Part shown: piece by piece, positions 19,445 to 28,588 of the stretch
Layout: each line of letters begins with the position of its first letter
Position numbering within the stretch: position 1 is the stretch's first letter
Origin: a virus
Direction: 5' to 3' (one strand)
Length of the DNA stretch: 64,000 nucleotides
Virus record (IMG/VR): IMGVR_UViG_3300017917_000321
Location: 1-64,000 of that record
Notes under the pieces: generated by a model
Databases searched by the model: none
Told to the model about the DNA's origin: nothing
Seen by the model: only the letters and a program-made list of their open reading frames with translations
Translations under genes and position numbers: made by a program

Positions 19445-20935
19445 ATGGCTTATCAAATTGATAGATATAATAATACAACACTTACAGTTGTAGAGGATGG
19501 AACCGTAGATCAGACCACTGATCTTAAGTTTATCGGTAAAAACTATGCTGGTTATGGTGAAATTCAAAACGAAAACTTCTTGTTTTTGCTAGAAAACTTC
19601 TCCGGCGCAAATGCTCCTCCAAGAGCACTTAGCGGACAGTTATGGTTTGACAGCGCAAACAGCAAGTTAAAGTTTTACGACGGTGAGCAGTGGAGAACCA
19701 CAGGCGGTTCAGCAGTTGGCACAGTTGAACCTACAGGACTTACTGATGGCGATTTTTGGTGGGATAGTGCTAACGACCAGTTATATGTTTATAATGGTAC
19801 TGATTTTATTTTAATTGGCCCACAAAACGCCGGTGAAGGCGTAACACAGATGATTAGCCGTGAGTTACTTGATTCAGCTAATGCTACAAAAAGTGTTATC
19901 ACAGCTACTATTCAAGACGAAGTAATAGCTATTATAAGCCCAAGTGAATTTACCCTAAACAATACTAACCCTATAGTCGGATTTGATAGAATTAAGAAGG
20001 GTGTGACCCTAGCTTGGACAAAGTTAGCTGACAATGGTGTTACAAATAGTGCAGCAGTAGCAGGTAAAGATTTTAATTTCTGGGGTACAGCTTCTAATGC
20101 AGAAAAGCTAGGCGGTGTTCCAGCATCGAGTTATGTCACAACAGTACCAGGCGAAACCACAGTATTCACTACAGTTGTTCAGTTCCCTGACGACGGTGTA
20201 GCAGTAGGTGATAGCTTAGACTTTAAATTCTATGTTCAGAATGGTGATGAAGGTGTAATTGAAAATCAGACTGGTCTAGGCAGTGAAATCAAGTTTAAGA
20301 CTACCAACGGAACCGGTACACCGATTACTTCTATAGTAATTAACAGTACTGGATTGATGCCAGCTGCTGATAATGTGTTTAATATCGGTGCTTCTGGACT
20401 AAAATTTAATACAGTATATGCTTCATCATTTGATGGCGAAGCTACTAAAGCCGCAACACTTCGAGTAGGTACTAATAATTGGTATGCTGCCAATACAAGT
20501 GCCACGCCTAACACAATAGCAGCTAGAACAGGCGATGGAAATATTGCAGCTAACCTATTCCAAGGTACAGCTACAGCAGCACGTTATGCTGACTTAGCAG
20601 AAAAGTATACAACAGACAAAGAATATCCAGTAGGAACTGTAATGGCTGTCGGCGGCGAAGCCGAAACACGAGCTGCTAAAATAAGCGATATTGCAATTGG
20701 TGTAATATCTGAAAATCCAGCAATTATGATGAACAGCGATGCTGAGGGTCAGTACATAGGTCTAAAAGGTCGTGTTCCTGTTAGGGTGGTTGGACCAGTA
20801 TCAAAAGGTATGCCTGTTTATGCGTATCAAGATGGCGTAGCCTCAACACTAGCATCTAATGGACTAGTAGGTATAGCACTTGAAACAAATAATGCTGAGG
20901 GCGAAAAGCTAGTAGAATGTGTGCTAAAAGTTTAA
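19445..20935 (+). CDS. Tail fibre/spike protein with C-terminal peptidase G2-like intramolecular chaperone domain
   Basis: Shared N-terminal module; C-terminal ARYADLAEKY..GTVM..IGVIS..GLKGRVPVRVVG..GIALE resembles autocleaving chaperone domains of phage appendages. Confidence 0.7.
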   Translation: MAYQIDRYNNTTLTVVEDGTVDQTTDLKFIGKNYAGYGEIQNENFLFLLENFSGANAPPRALSGQLWFDSANSKLKFYDGEQWRTTGGSAVGTVEPTGLTDGDFWWDSANDQLYVYNGTDFILIGPQNAGEGVTQMISRELLDSANATKSVITATIQDEVIAIISPSEFTLNNTNPIVGFDRIKKGVTLAWTKLADNGVTNSAAVAGKDFNFWGTASNAEKLGGVPASSYVTTVPGETTVFTTVVQFPDDGVAVGDSLDFKFYVQNGDEGVIENQTGLGSEIKFKTTNGTGTPITSIVINSTGLMPAADNVFNIGASGLKFNTVYASSFDGEATKAATLRVGTNNWYAANTSATPNTIAARTGDGNIAANLFQGTATAARYADLAEKYTTDKEYPVGTVMAVGGEAETRAAKISDIAIGVISENPAIMMNSDAEGQYIGLKGRVPVRVVGPVSKGMPVYAYQDGVASTLASNGLVGIALETNNAEGEKLVECVLKV

Positions 20936-20944
20936 GGAATCAGC

Positions 20945-21874
20945 ATGGCAGACATAAGCGCAGCAAGACTTAATAACTTACAGTCTAGATTAGAGTTAGT
21001 TTTAGGCAACGGATCTGGTCAAAACGGATACGGGCAAACATTATTAAGTTCACCAGTGTCAAATATAGACGGAAGTCTTATTAGTGCTGCTGACATTAAT
21101 GCTATATATGCCGATATGGTTAAAGCTAGAGTGCATCAAATCGGTGCAGAGCCTACAGAAATCGCCGAATTGATTTCCAACTTAAATATTATTGCTGAAG
21201 ACACAAGTTTTTCTGTTGGTAATGACGGTATTACTTTAGTAGATCCTGATGGATCTAAGAAAGGTATTATCGATTATGAAGTTTTAATGAATACAATTGA
21301 GTCCGATAAGTTTTTAGCTCACAGTTCTCAAGTTACATTAGAAGCAGGTGTAGTAGTTCAAAGAACTGCTCAATGGAACGGTATAGTCTTTACAGAGATT
21401 ACCGTTAATTTTAACAACGCTGATCATCGCAGACACTTTTTTAATACAGGTGGCAGCATACGATTTAGCGGAAATAACAGCGGAGCACTTGCAGACAAAG
21501 GAAAAGATTGGAACTTATTGATGATTGAAATAGGTTCTGTAACTTTTAATTACAACGCAACATTTCCAACTAGCTCGGGTATCGGCTCAGCAATTGGCAA
21601 TTACGGCCTTACAGGATCCTATCAGACGATTTTTACTAAAGTTGGCGGCGGAACCTACAGCGGAGTTTATGCAGGTAACGTCTTCTCTATACAAGCAAGA
21701 GCACCGTCGTCTAATACTATTCAATTTAGAATTGAATTAAACGATGTCTCAATAGATCCTCCAGTAGATAACAACGTTGATGGTCGCTTAATATGCACTT
21801 TGCAGCATGTTAGAGCGACAGGAACAGCAGTTAACGTAGATCAACCAACATACACTGTTGACGTTGCCCTATAA
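20945..21874 (+). CDS. Virion structural protein (paralog A)
   Basis: RLNNLQSR..GYGQ..DMVKARVHQIG..RRHFFNTGGSIRFS..W..IGS..GSAIGNYGLTGSYQ; collinear with the next gene; within the tail module. Confidence 0.6.
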   Translation: MADISAARLNNLQSRLELVLGNGSGQNGYGQTLLSSPVSNIDGSLISAADINAIYADMVKARVHQIGAEPTEIAELISNLNIIAEDTSFSVGNDGITLVDPDGSKKGIIDYEVLMNTIESDKFLAHSSQVTLEAGVVVQRTAQWNGIVFTEITVNFNNADHRRHFFNTGGSIRFSGNNSGALADKGKDWNLLMIEIGSVTFNYNATFPTSSGIGSAIGNYGLTGSYQTIFTKVGGGTYSGVYAGNVFSIQARAPSSNTIQFRIELNDVSIDPPVDNNVDGRLICTLQHVRATGTAVNVDQPTYTVDVAL

Positions 21875-21887
21875 TAATTTCTTAGAA

Positions 21888-21921
21888 ACAAGAGTACATA
21901 AATACTCTTGTAGGGGTTTTT
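21888..21921 (+). terminator. Hairpin (possible terminator) with an embedded TAAATA late-promoter motif
   Basis: ACAAGAGTA-cataaa-TACTCTTGT 9-bp stem (21888-21911) followed by aggggtttttt; TAAATA at 21899-21904. Confidence 0.45.
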
Positions 21922-21924
21922 TAT

Positions 21925-22914
21925 ATGCCAACGTTAGTTACAGCTACTAGATTTAATAATTTAAGAGGACGAATAGCATCTATTTTAGGTGCTTCTCAGC
22001 TTTCCACTCCTCAGTCTGGCTATGGTCAAACCCTAACTACACCTTCAAATGTTGTTGGTAATTACGCAACCAATCCTACTACTGTAAATCTAGTTGAAAA
22101 CGAACAGTATAGGGATCTTTATATTGATATGGTTCGTGCTAGAATTCATCAAATAGGATCGGCAGCATTTACACAGCAACCTTTTCCTGTAGGAAGTTAT
22201 AATACCAACGGTGCCAGTACCGATAAGGTATTAGATTCTTATATTACAGGTTTAGAAAGTTTAATGACCACAATTGAAACTAATAAGTTTTCTATTTTTG
22301 AGTCTACACAAGCTTCTCTTGAACCTCTAAAAAATGCTGCCGGATTTGCTGTAGTCGGAACTAGAAACGAATTTGGTAACGGACCGTGGAATACTACACT
22401 GTCTTTTATTTTCACTGTAAATTTTACTTCCGAACAAACCCGCAGACAATTTTTTAATGCCGGCGGTCAAGTAAGAATTTCAAGTGCTCAAAGTGGAACT
22501 CAGCCTAATGCAAAAACACAGCGTTGGGCACAGCTATTATCTAATATTGGATCAATATCTTTTGCTGCTAACAGTACTTACAGCACTGTAGGTTACGGAA
22601 CTGGTTCATCTATAGGTAATTATAATTTAACAGGCTCATATCAACTGTTGTATAGGGGTTATGCATCGGTATACACTGGAAACGCATTTGAAGTATATGC
22701 ACTACAAACCAGTGGAACGCAGATACAGTTTAGAGTCTACCTAGCTGATAATCAATCTGAAGGAATTGACGAAGGTGTTTTTGGAAACTTCACTGTAAGT
22801 GCGAATCTTATCCGCCCTGAAGGTACCGCAACTATTAACGGAACTTCGTATACCACTGTTACTATTGCAACTCCACCTGTTGGCACTGTAGTAACCAATC
22901 TCATAGCAATTTAA
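21925..22914 (+). CDS. Virion structural protein (paralog B)
   Basis: RFNNLRGR..GYGQ..DMVRARIHQIG..RRQFFNAGGQVRIS..W..IGS..GSSIGNYNLTGSYQ; clear paralog of 20945..21874. Confidence 0.6.
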   Translation: MPTLVTATRFNNLRGRIASILGASQLSTPQSGYGQTLTTPSNVVGNYATNPTTVNLVENEQYRDLYIDMVRARIHQIGSAAFTQQPFPVGSYNTNGASTDKVLDSYITGLESLMTTIETNKFSIFESTQASLEPLKNAAGFAVVGTRNEFGNGPWNTTLSFIFTVNFTSEQTRRQFFNAGGQVRISSAQSGTQPNAKTQRWAQLLSNIGSISFAANSTYSTVGYGTGSSIGNYNLTGSYQLLYRGYASVYTGNAFEVYALQTSGTQIQFRVYLADNQSEGIDEGVFGNFTVSANLIRPEGTATINGTSYTTVTIATPPVGTVVTNLIAI

Positions 22915-22916
22915 TA

Positions 22917-22959
22917 TTGCATTTTTAAGAAAATATGCTACACTAATGAGTAGCATATT
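22917..22959 (+). promoter_or_regulatory. Sigma70-like promoter overlapped by a 10-bp inverted repeat
   Basis: TTGCAT (22917-22922), 16 nt, TACACT (22939-22944) with an extended -10 TG; inverted repeat AATATGCTAC/GTAGCATATT (22932-22959); second TATAAT at 22994-22999. Confidence 0.4.
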
Positions 22960-23019
22960 CAGTTTCTCACGATTTCAATCCGTAAACTGACTATATAATT
23001 AAAATCCTTGGAGGTTCTT

Positions 23020-23373
23020 GTGGACGAAAGATTAGATAAAGCTCTCAAATTCAGCAACTATATGGTTACGCTGAACAATCAAAAAAGAGTAATCAAAGAG
23101 AAATTTTTTGAAGACTTATTATACTTTAACAGTGGTTGCCAATTTACTGTTACAAAAGAATTAATTACGTTTGTTGGATTGCTGATTGATCGCGGCAACG
23201 ATACTGATGTCGTATTAACAGATGATAACGACATACCTGCTAAAATTGGAGATTTAAAATCCTTTTATGCTGACATTTTAAACACTTATTTTACAGCAGC
23301 CAACAATTATCATACCAAGTATGAAGATTTAAGAAAAAATAGATCAGTAGAGAAGCTAGTTAACTATGAATAA
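23020..23373 (+). CDS. Hypothetical phage protein, first gene of the enzyme cluster
   Basis: GTG at 23020 follows GGAGG (23010-23014); overlaps the start of the next gene. Confidence 0.6.
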   Translation: MDERLDKALKFSNYMVTLNNQKRVIKEKFFEDLLYFNSGCQFTVTKELITFVGLLIDRGNDTDVVLTDDNDIPAKIGDLKSFYADILNTYFTAANNYHTKYEDLRKNRSVEKLVNYE

Positions 23374-24223
23374 AACACGAGGTGTTGTTTTATTTGCTCG
23401 AAATAATGGCAGGCTTGATTATGTTAAGCAGGCTGTGTTTTTAGCAAAAAGAATAAAAGAATACTTAGATTTACCTACCACGGTTATTACAGATAGTTTT
23501 AACTATCTACAATCAAATTTTGATGTTTCTGTATTTGATAAAATTATTCAAGTTGAGTACATGGAAACAAAAAATAATAGAGCATTTTTTGACGGATCTC
23601 TTTCTCATAAAACTGCTCCTTTTAAGAATGACATGCGCGATGGCGTATACAATTGGTCACCATATGACGAAACACTGTTAATGGATACTGATTATATTAT
23701 TTGCAATGATCTTTTACTAAAGTGTTTTGATATGCAGCACGATCTCATGTTGTTTAAGGAATCGTATGACCTAGCAGATCATAGAGACCATACTGAATTT
23801 GAACATATAAGTGATTATACGATTGATTTTTATTGGGCTACTGTAGTTTTCTTCAGAAAGACCCCGGAGAATGAAGTATTCTTTGATTTAATTAGACATA
23901 TTAAGCAAGAATGGAATCATTACAGAAGATTGTATCAGGTTGAATCTAGTCTTTTTAGGAATGACTTTGCTTTTAGTATAGCAGTTCATATTATGAATGG
24001 TTTTGCAAAAGGCTCTTTTGTAGCACCTCTCCCAGGCAAGCATCTATACACCACTGATAGAGATGTTTTACAGAGATTAGACAACGATTCTATGATTTTT
24101 TTAGTAGAGAAAAAAGATCACTTAGGCGAATATACTATGCTTAAGACAGAAAAACAAAATGTGCATGTTATGAACAAGTTTAGTCTTGAACGTATTATTG
24201 ATGCGGAAATGAAAAATGTCTAA
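23366..24223 (+). CDS. GT-A fold glycosyltransferase (nucleotide-diphospho-sugar transferase)
   Basis: GVVLFA..DYVKQA..SPYDETLLMDTDY (DxD motif), GT8/GT77-like layout. Confidence 0.7.
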   Translation: MNKTRGVVLFARNNGRLDYVKQAVFLAKRIKEYLDLPTTVITDSFNYLQSNFDVSVFDKIIQVEYMETKNNRAFFDGSLSHKTAPFKNDMRDGVYNWSPYDETLLMDTDYIICNDLLLKCFDMQHDLMLFKESYDLADHRDHTEFEHISDYTIDFYWATVVFFRKTPENEVFFDLIRHIKQEWNHYRRLYQVESSLFRNDFAFSIAVHIMNGFAKGSFVAPLPGKHLYTTDRDVLQRLDNDSMIFLVEKKDHLGEYTMLKTEKQNVHVMNKFSLERIIDAEMKNV

Positions 24224-25055
24224 AGGAATCTTAGTTTTAGCTCAAAATAACTCAACTGTTGATTACGTTGAGCAAGCCTGCCTATTAGCAATGAGCTTAA
24301 AGGTTACTAACCCTAACACAGATATTAGTATAGTTACAGATGACGCAGTTCCTGACGTGTACAAACATCTATTTGATAAAATAATTCCTATTCCTTTTAA
24401 TGATGATGCAGCTTCAGTTGACTGGAAGATTGAGAACAGATGGAAACTATATCATGCTACACCATATGATCAGACAATGGTGTTAGATACAGATATGCTT
24501 GTGTTACAGGATATAACAAGTTGGTGGAAATTTTTAGAAAACTATAAGTTATATTTTACATCTAAGGTATTTACATACCGAGGTGAAGTAGTTACTAGTG
24601 ACTATTATAGAAAAGCATTTACAGCCAACAATCTTCCTAATCTATACAGCGGCCTTCACTATTTTGAAAAAAGTGATCTAGCATTAGAATTTTATACTTG
24701 GCTAGAACTTGTTATGCAAAACTGGGAATTATTTTACGGAATGTATGTAAAAGAAAACTATCCTGGTCGTGTTAGCGTTGATGTAAGCGCAGCGATTGTT
24801 GCTAAAATTTTAGATTGCGACGAATCAATAACTAACAAGTATGCAAGTTTTCCTACATTTACTCACATGAAGCCTTATATTCAAAATTGGAATAGAACTC
24901 CTGAAAAATGGCAAGATTGTCTCGGAGTATATATTAATCGAAACTGTGAAATTAAAATTGGAAATTTTTCTCAGTCTGGTATATTGCACTACACTGAAAA
25001 AGACTTCGTTACTCCTGAAATTATAGAAAGATATAGGAATTACCTTCATGTCTAA
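24216..25055 (+). CDS. GT-A fold glycosyltransferase (paralog of the preceding gene)
   Basis: GILVLA..DYVEQA..TPYDQTMVLDTDM (DxD), late HMK and HY motifs. Confidence 0.7.
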   Translation: MSKGILVLAQNNSTVDYVEQACLLAMSLKVTNPNTDISIVTDDAVPDVYKHLFDKIIPIPFNDDAASVDWKIENRWKLYHATPYDQTMVLDTDMLVLQDITSWWKFLENYKLYFTSKVFTYRGEVVTSDYYRKAFTANNLPNLYSGLHYFEKSDLALEFYTWLELVMQNWELFYGMYVKENYPGRVSVDVSAAIVAKILDCDESITNKYASFPTFTHMKPYIQNWNRTPEKWQDCLGVYINRNCEIKIGNFSQSGILHYTEKDFVTPEIIERYRNYLHV

Positions 25056-26433
25056 TTTTTCTGACTTCTTAAAATCCTTAAACATTGAGGTAACAGTATC
25101 AAGTGTTTCTTATGTTTACTATGATCCTCTTACAGGAAAAATAGTAAAAATAGCAAATAAACTAGATCCGGATGATACGCTTGCAACACTAGAAGTTCAG
25201 CATGACAGTGTTGCTGAAATTATTAACGGTACAAAGAGTTCTGAGAACTTTATTGTTGAATATGATGTTGCATTAAAGCAACTAGCACTTAGAGAAATAA
25301 CATACGAAGAACATCTTACCAAGATTGAGTCTCGACTTCATCGGTTACCAGTTGTTAGAACAACAACAGATGAAGCAGGAGATAAATCGTCAATTATTTT
25401 TGACAATATCTATGACGGAGTTGAAGTTTTTTTATGGACTTCCGGTAGTAGACATTTTAAGGATAGTTTAGTTTGGTATAAAAACAATGTTTATAAACTA
25501 TTGGAAAATATTGAGTCTGTTAAATTTGATACAACCAAATCAGAATTATTTGTAGCAAACGTTTCTCTACCAGATATTAAAAGTGTAAATCATTTCGTTG
25601 AATATAAAACAAGTTTTGACCCCATATATGAAGGAATTCATGTTGATGTTTGGTATAGAGAATTGCCACATTTCAAGGGTCAACACGTTTGGGCACATAA
25701 TACTGTTTATAGATACAAATTAGACGTAGCAGAAAATGAGCCTTTTGACTTAGAGTATCTTGATATTATTGAAGAAAACGTTTTTCTTTATGCTGATTCA
25801 AACAAGTATTTGAGTTTTGTTTCTATTTTATCTCCCGGAGATAAGATACTGGATAACAATAAATTATACCTGTTTGTGGACAAGAAGTTAAATGTTAATC
25901 CAAATGAAAAGTCTATATTATTCTATTCATCTAGATACGAAGGTTTATATTATGATGAAATTGCAAATAGACTTACAAAATTTTCATTCATAGAACGTAA
26001 TAACAAATTAACTGCTAAGTCAGAAGTCTTAGATGATGAAGTTGTGTTAACACCGAGCGTACATATCTCTAATGGACAAAAGGTATTAATTGGAAAATCA
26101 CTGTATCAGGCAAACACTCTAGATGAAAGAGATATTGACGTAAACGTTGTTCAAAATAATTTAATAGGCTGCTGGGAAATATATCTTGGAAGAAAAACAA
26201 AGAAAAGCCTTGAGATGATAAATTATATAGGTCATGATATTTTATATTTTAGTGTAACTGCTAAACATGACCCTAATGTTCTTTATAGAACTATGGATTT
26301 TTCTTTAACTAAATTATTAGCTAATAAGGTCCAAAGATATCCGTATCAGTACAAATGGGAAAGCGATCGCACCGACGTAAGTGTGTATACCGCAAAGTTT
26401 TTTGAAACCTATTCACATGAGATTTTAGAATGA
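25048..26433 (+). CDS. Hypothetical protein with internal CBM5/12-like repeats
   Basis: 461-aa ORF with overlapping start and stop; internal duplication FDxIYxGxxVxxW...HFK...VW..N.VY. Confidence 0.55.
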   Translation: MSNFSDFLKSLNIEVTVSSVSYVYYDPLTGKIVKIANKLDPDDTLATLEVQHDSVAEIINGTKSSENFIVEYDVALKQLALREITYEEHLTKIESRLHRLPVVRTTTDEAGDKSSIIFDNIYDGVEVFLWTSGSRHFKDSLVWYKNNVYKLLENIESVKFDTTKSELFVANVSLPDIKSVNHFVEYKTSFDPIYEGIHVDVWYRELPHFKGQHVWAHNTVYRYKLDVAENEPFDLEYLDIIEENVFLYADSNKYLSFVSILSPGDKILDNNKLYLFVDKKLNVNPNEKSILFYSSRYEGLYYDEIANRLTKFSFIERNNKLTAKSEVLDDEVVLTPSVHISNGQKVLIGKSLYQANTLDERDIDVNVVQNNLIGCWEIYLGRKTKKSLEMINYIGHDILYFSVTAKHDPNVLYRTMDFSLTKLLANKVQRYPYQYKWESDRTDVSVYTAKFFETYSHEILE

Positions 26434-27350
26434 GCAAGATTAAAGTTGTTGACTATGACATCATATACCTTAGCTATGATGAACCTAATGCAGAAAAAAA
26501 TTACGCAGACCTCTGTAAAAAGATTCCGTGGGCTAAACGTGTACACGGTGTTAAAGGCAGTGATGCTGCACACAAAGCCTGCGCTAGGCTAAGTGAAACT
26601 GATAGATTTATTACTGTTGACGGTGATAATACTGTCAGAGAAGAATTTTTAAATCAAGAAATTGATTTTAAAGAGCATCATGATCTTACTAATTGTGTGA
26701 TTAGTTGGAGCGGCAGAAATGTTATCAACGGACTAATGTACGGTAATGGCGGATTGAAATGTTGGCCAAAAGAATTTGTGTTAAACATGAAAACGCATGA
26801 AGCAGCAGATCCCAAAAACAAACATGCTCAGGTAGATTTTTGTTGGGATGTGCAGTATATACAAATGAACAGTTGCTATTCAGATGTACACAACAATGCT
26901 AATCCTGCACAGGCATGGAGAGCAGGATTCCGCGAAGGTGTTAAGCTAGCTCTTGATAGAGGAATTAAACCCACAAAAGAAGAGTTTTTAAAAAACCATT
27001 GGCGTTGTTTGCATTGGCTCTATATATGGACTATGGTAGGCGCCGATGTTGAGTACGGCAAATGGGCAATACTAGGAGCCAGAGAAGGTCTTTTTAAAAC
27101 AATGCTTACTGACTGGGATTATGTTAACGTTCGCGATTTCGAATATCTAAACGATTTATGGTCAAAAGAATTTGAAGGCATGGACGAAGATGTAATGGAT
27201 GCTAGAATTAAATTCCTTGGCCGAGAACTCAGCGAAAATCTAAATGTTCCTATAGGTGAAATACTCTCACCAGATCAAAGTAAGTTTTTTAAAACAGTAT
27301 ACGAGCATCCTGCTAGAACAGATCATCAGAGATTTATTGAACGGCTATGA
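26430..27350 (+). CDS. GT2-like glycosyltransferase
   Basis: YDIIYLSYDEPNAE..RVHGVKG..AHK..FITVDGD (DxD)..YGNGGLK..AWRAGFREGVKL. Confidence 0.65.
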   Translation: MSKIKVVDYDIIYLSYDEPNAEKNYADLCKKIPWAKRVHGVKGSDAAHKACARLSETDRFITVDGDNTVREEFLNQEIDFKEHHDLTNCVISWSGRNVINGLMYGNGGLKCWPKEFVLNMKTHEAADPKNKHAQVDFCWDVQYIQMNSCYSDVHNNANPAQAWRAGFREGVKLALDRGIKPTKEEFLKNHWRCLHWLYIWTMVGADVEYGKWAILGAREGLFKTMLTDWDYVNVRDFEYLNDLWSKEFEGMDEDVMDARIKFLGRELSENLNVPIGEILSPDQSKFFKTVYEHPARTDHQRFIERL

Positions 27351-28585
27351 AAAAGCAGGATAAGTTGCGCACACTATTATATCTTGAATATGAGCCTGAT
27401 CAAATTTTTTATATAAACGGGTTTAAAAAAGATTTAATAATAAATTTTTTAACAGACGGCTGGGAACCGACCGGCTTATATGCGCTATGGTCTGACTTTG
27501 ATCAAATTTTTAAAAAAACTACTGCAATACCTGAATCTGAAAAATTCTTTTATCCAATAGCTATTAGTCGATGGGAAGTTTCTGAAATTTTTAATCAGAT
27601 AACAATCAGTAAAAAGATAATTAAAAAGGTCAAGCAAGGCCAGTGCAAAATTCTACTTATATGTCCCTTTGAAGGTTGGACATGGTCTTGGTGGGATAAC
27701 CTAGCCTTCATTTTAAAGACAAAATTTGAACTTGACAATGAGCATATTGTTTTTCTTTCAGCTAACTATTTCCCACACAAAACTTTTAAAACAATAGTTT
27801 TTAATACCTGGGAAAAGCAAATATTTTCTAATTATTCAACATACGAGCATTACGAAAGAAGTGTAAAAGCAATAGAGACACCTAGATCAAATAAATTCAT
27901 ATGTTTAAATAGGCGTCCTTCAATTCATAGATACGCAGTTGTTTCGAGTTTATTTGATAATAGAGATCAGGGAATTTTAACCTGCGCCTTAAAAGGAAGT
28001 TATAGTGACTGGTATCAAAATTGGGTAGAAGAAAATTTCTTAAATGAGTATCCGGAACTTTCAGACAAATACAAGAAAGAAATTAAACCCAGTCTTCCTT
28101 TGACATATAATGATAATATTAATCCAGAAGTCGATAACCCTGCTGCTAACGAATGGGGTAATGTAGAAAAATATTATTCAAGCTATCTTTATATTGTTAC
28201 TGAGACTTTCTTTGAAAATAAAGCACAGGGTCAGGATACTCTATTTCTAAGCGAAAAGATTTTTAAACCTATAATATTTTTTCAGCCATTTGTAGCATTT
28301 GCAAGACCTGGCACTCTTAGATTAATGCAAGATCTAGGTTATAAAACATTCGGTGAGTTTATTGACGAGACTTACGATTTGATTGACGACGATAAAGAAA
28401 GATTGTATAAAGCAGTTGATAGTGTTAAAAAGTTTATCAGTCTATCAAATGAAGAATTAAGAAATACAATGATTAAAATGGCACCAATTTTTAATCATAA
28501 TTATAATGTCCTAAAACAGAATTGGGAATACAAGATTTATGACAAACTTAAAAACGATTTATATAGCTGTTTGCACGGAGAATAA
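27347..28585 (+). CDS. Putative GT-B (GT10-like) glycosyltransferase
   Basis: FICLNRRP..HR..YIVTET..FLSEKIFKPI..GYKTF..IDETYD resembles the EN..Y.TEK donor-binding motif of GT10 fucosyltransferases. Confidence 0.5.
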   Translation: MKKQDKLRTLLYLEYEPDQIFYINGFKKDLIINFLTDGWEPTGLYALWSDFDQIFKKTTAIPESEKFFYPIAISRWEVSEIFNQITISKKIIKKVKQGQCKILLICPFEGWTWSWWDNLAFILKTKFELDNEHIVFLSANYFPHKTFKTIVFNTWEKQIFSNYSTYEHYERSVKAIETPRSNKFICLNRRPSIHRYAVVSSLFDNRDQGILTCALKGSYSDWYQNWVEENFLNEYPELSDKYKKEIKPSLPLTYNDNINPEVDNPAANEWGNVEKYYSSYLYIVTETFFENKAQGQDTLFLSEKIFKPIIFFQPFVAFARPGTLRLMQDLGYKTFGEFIDETYDLIDDDKERLYKAVDSVKKFISLSNEELRNTMIKMAPIFNHNYNVLKQNWEYKIYDKLKNDLYSCLHGE

Positions 28586-28588
28586 TTA

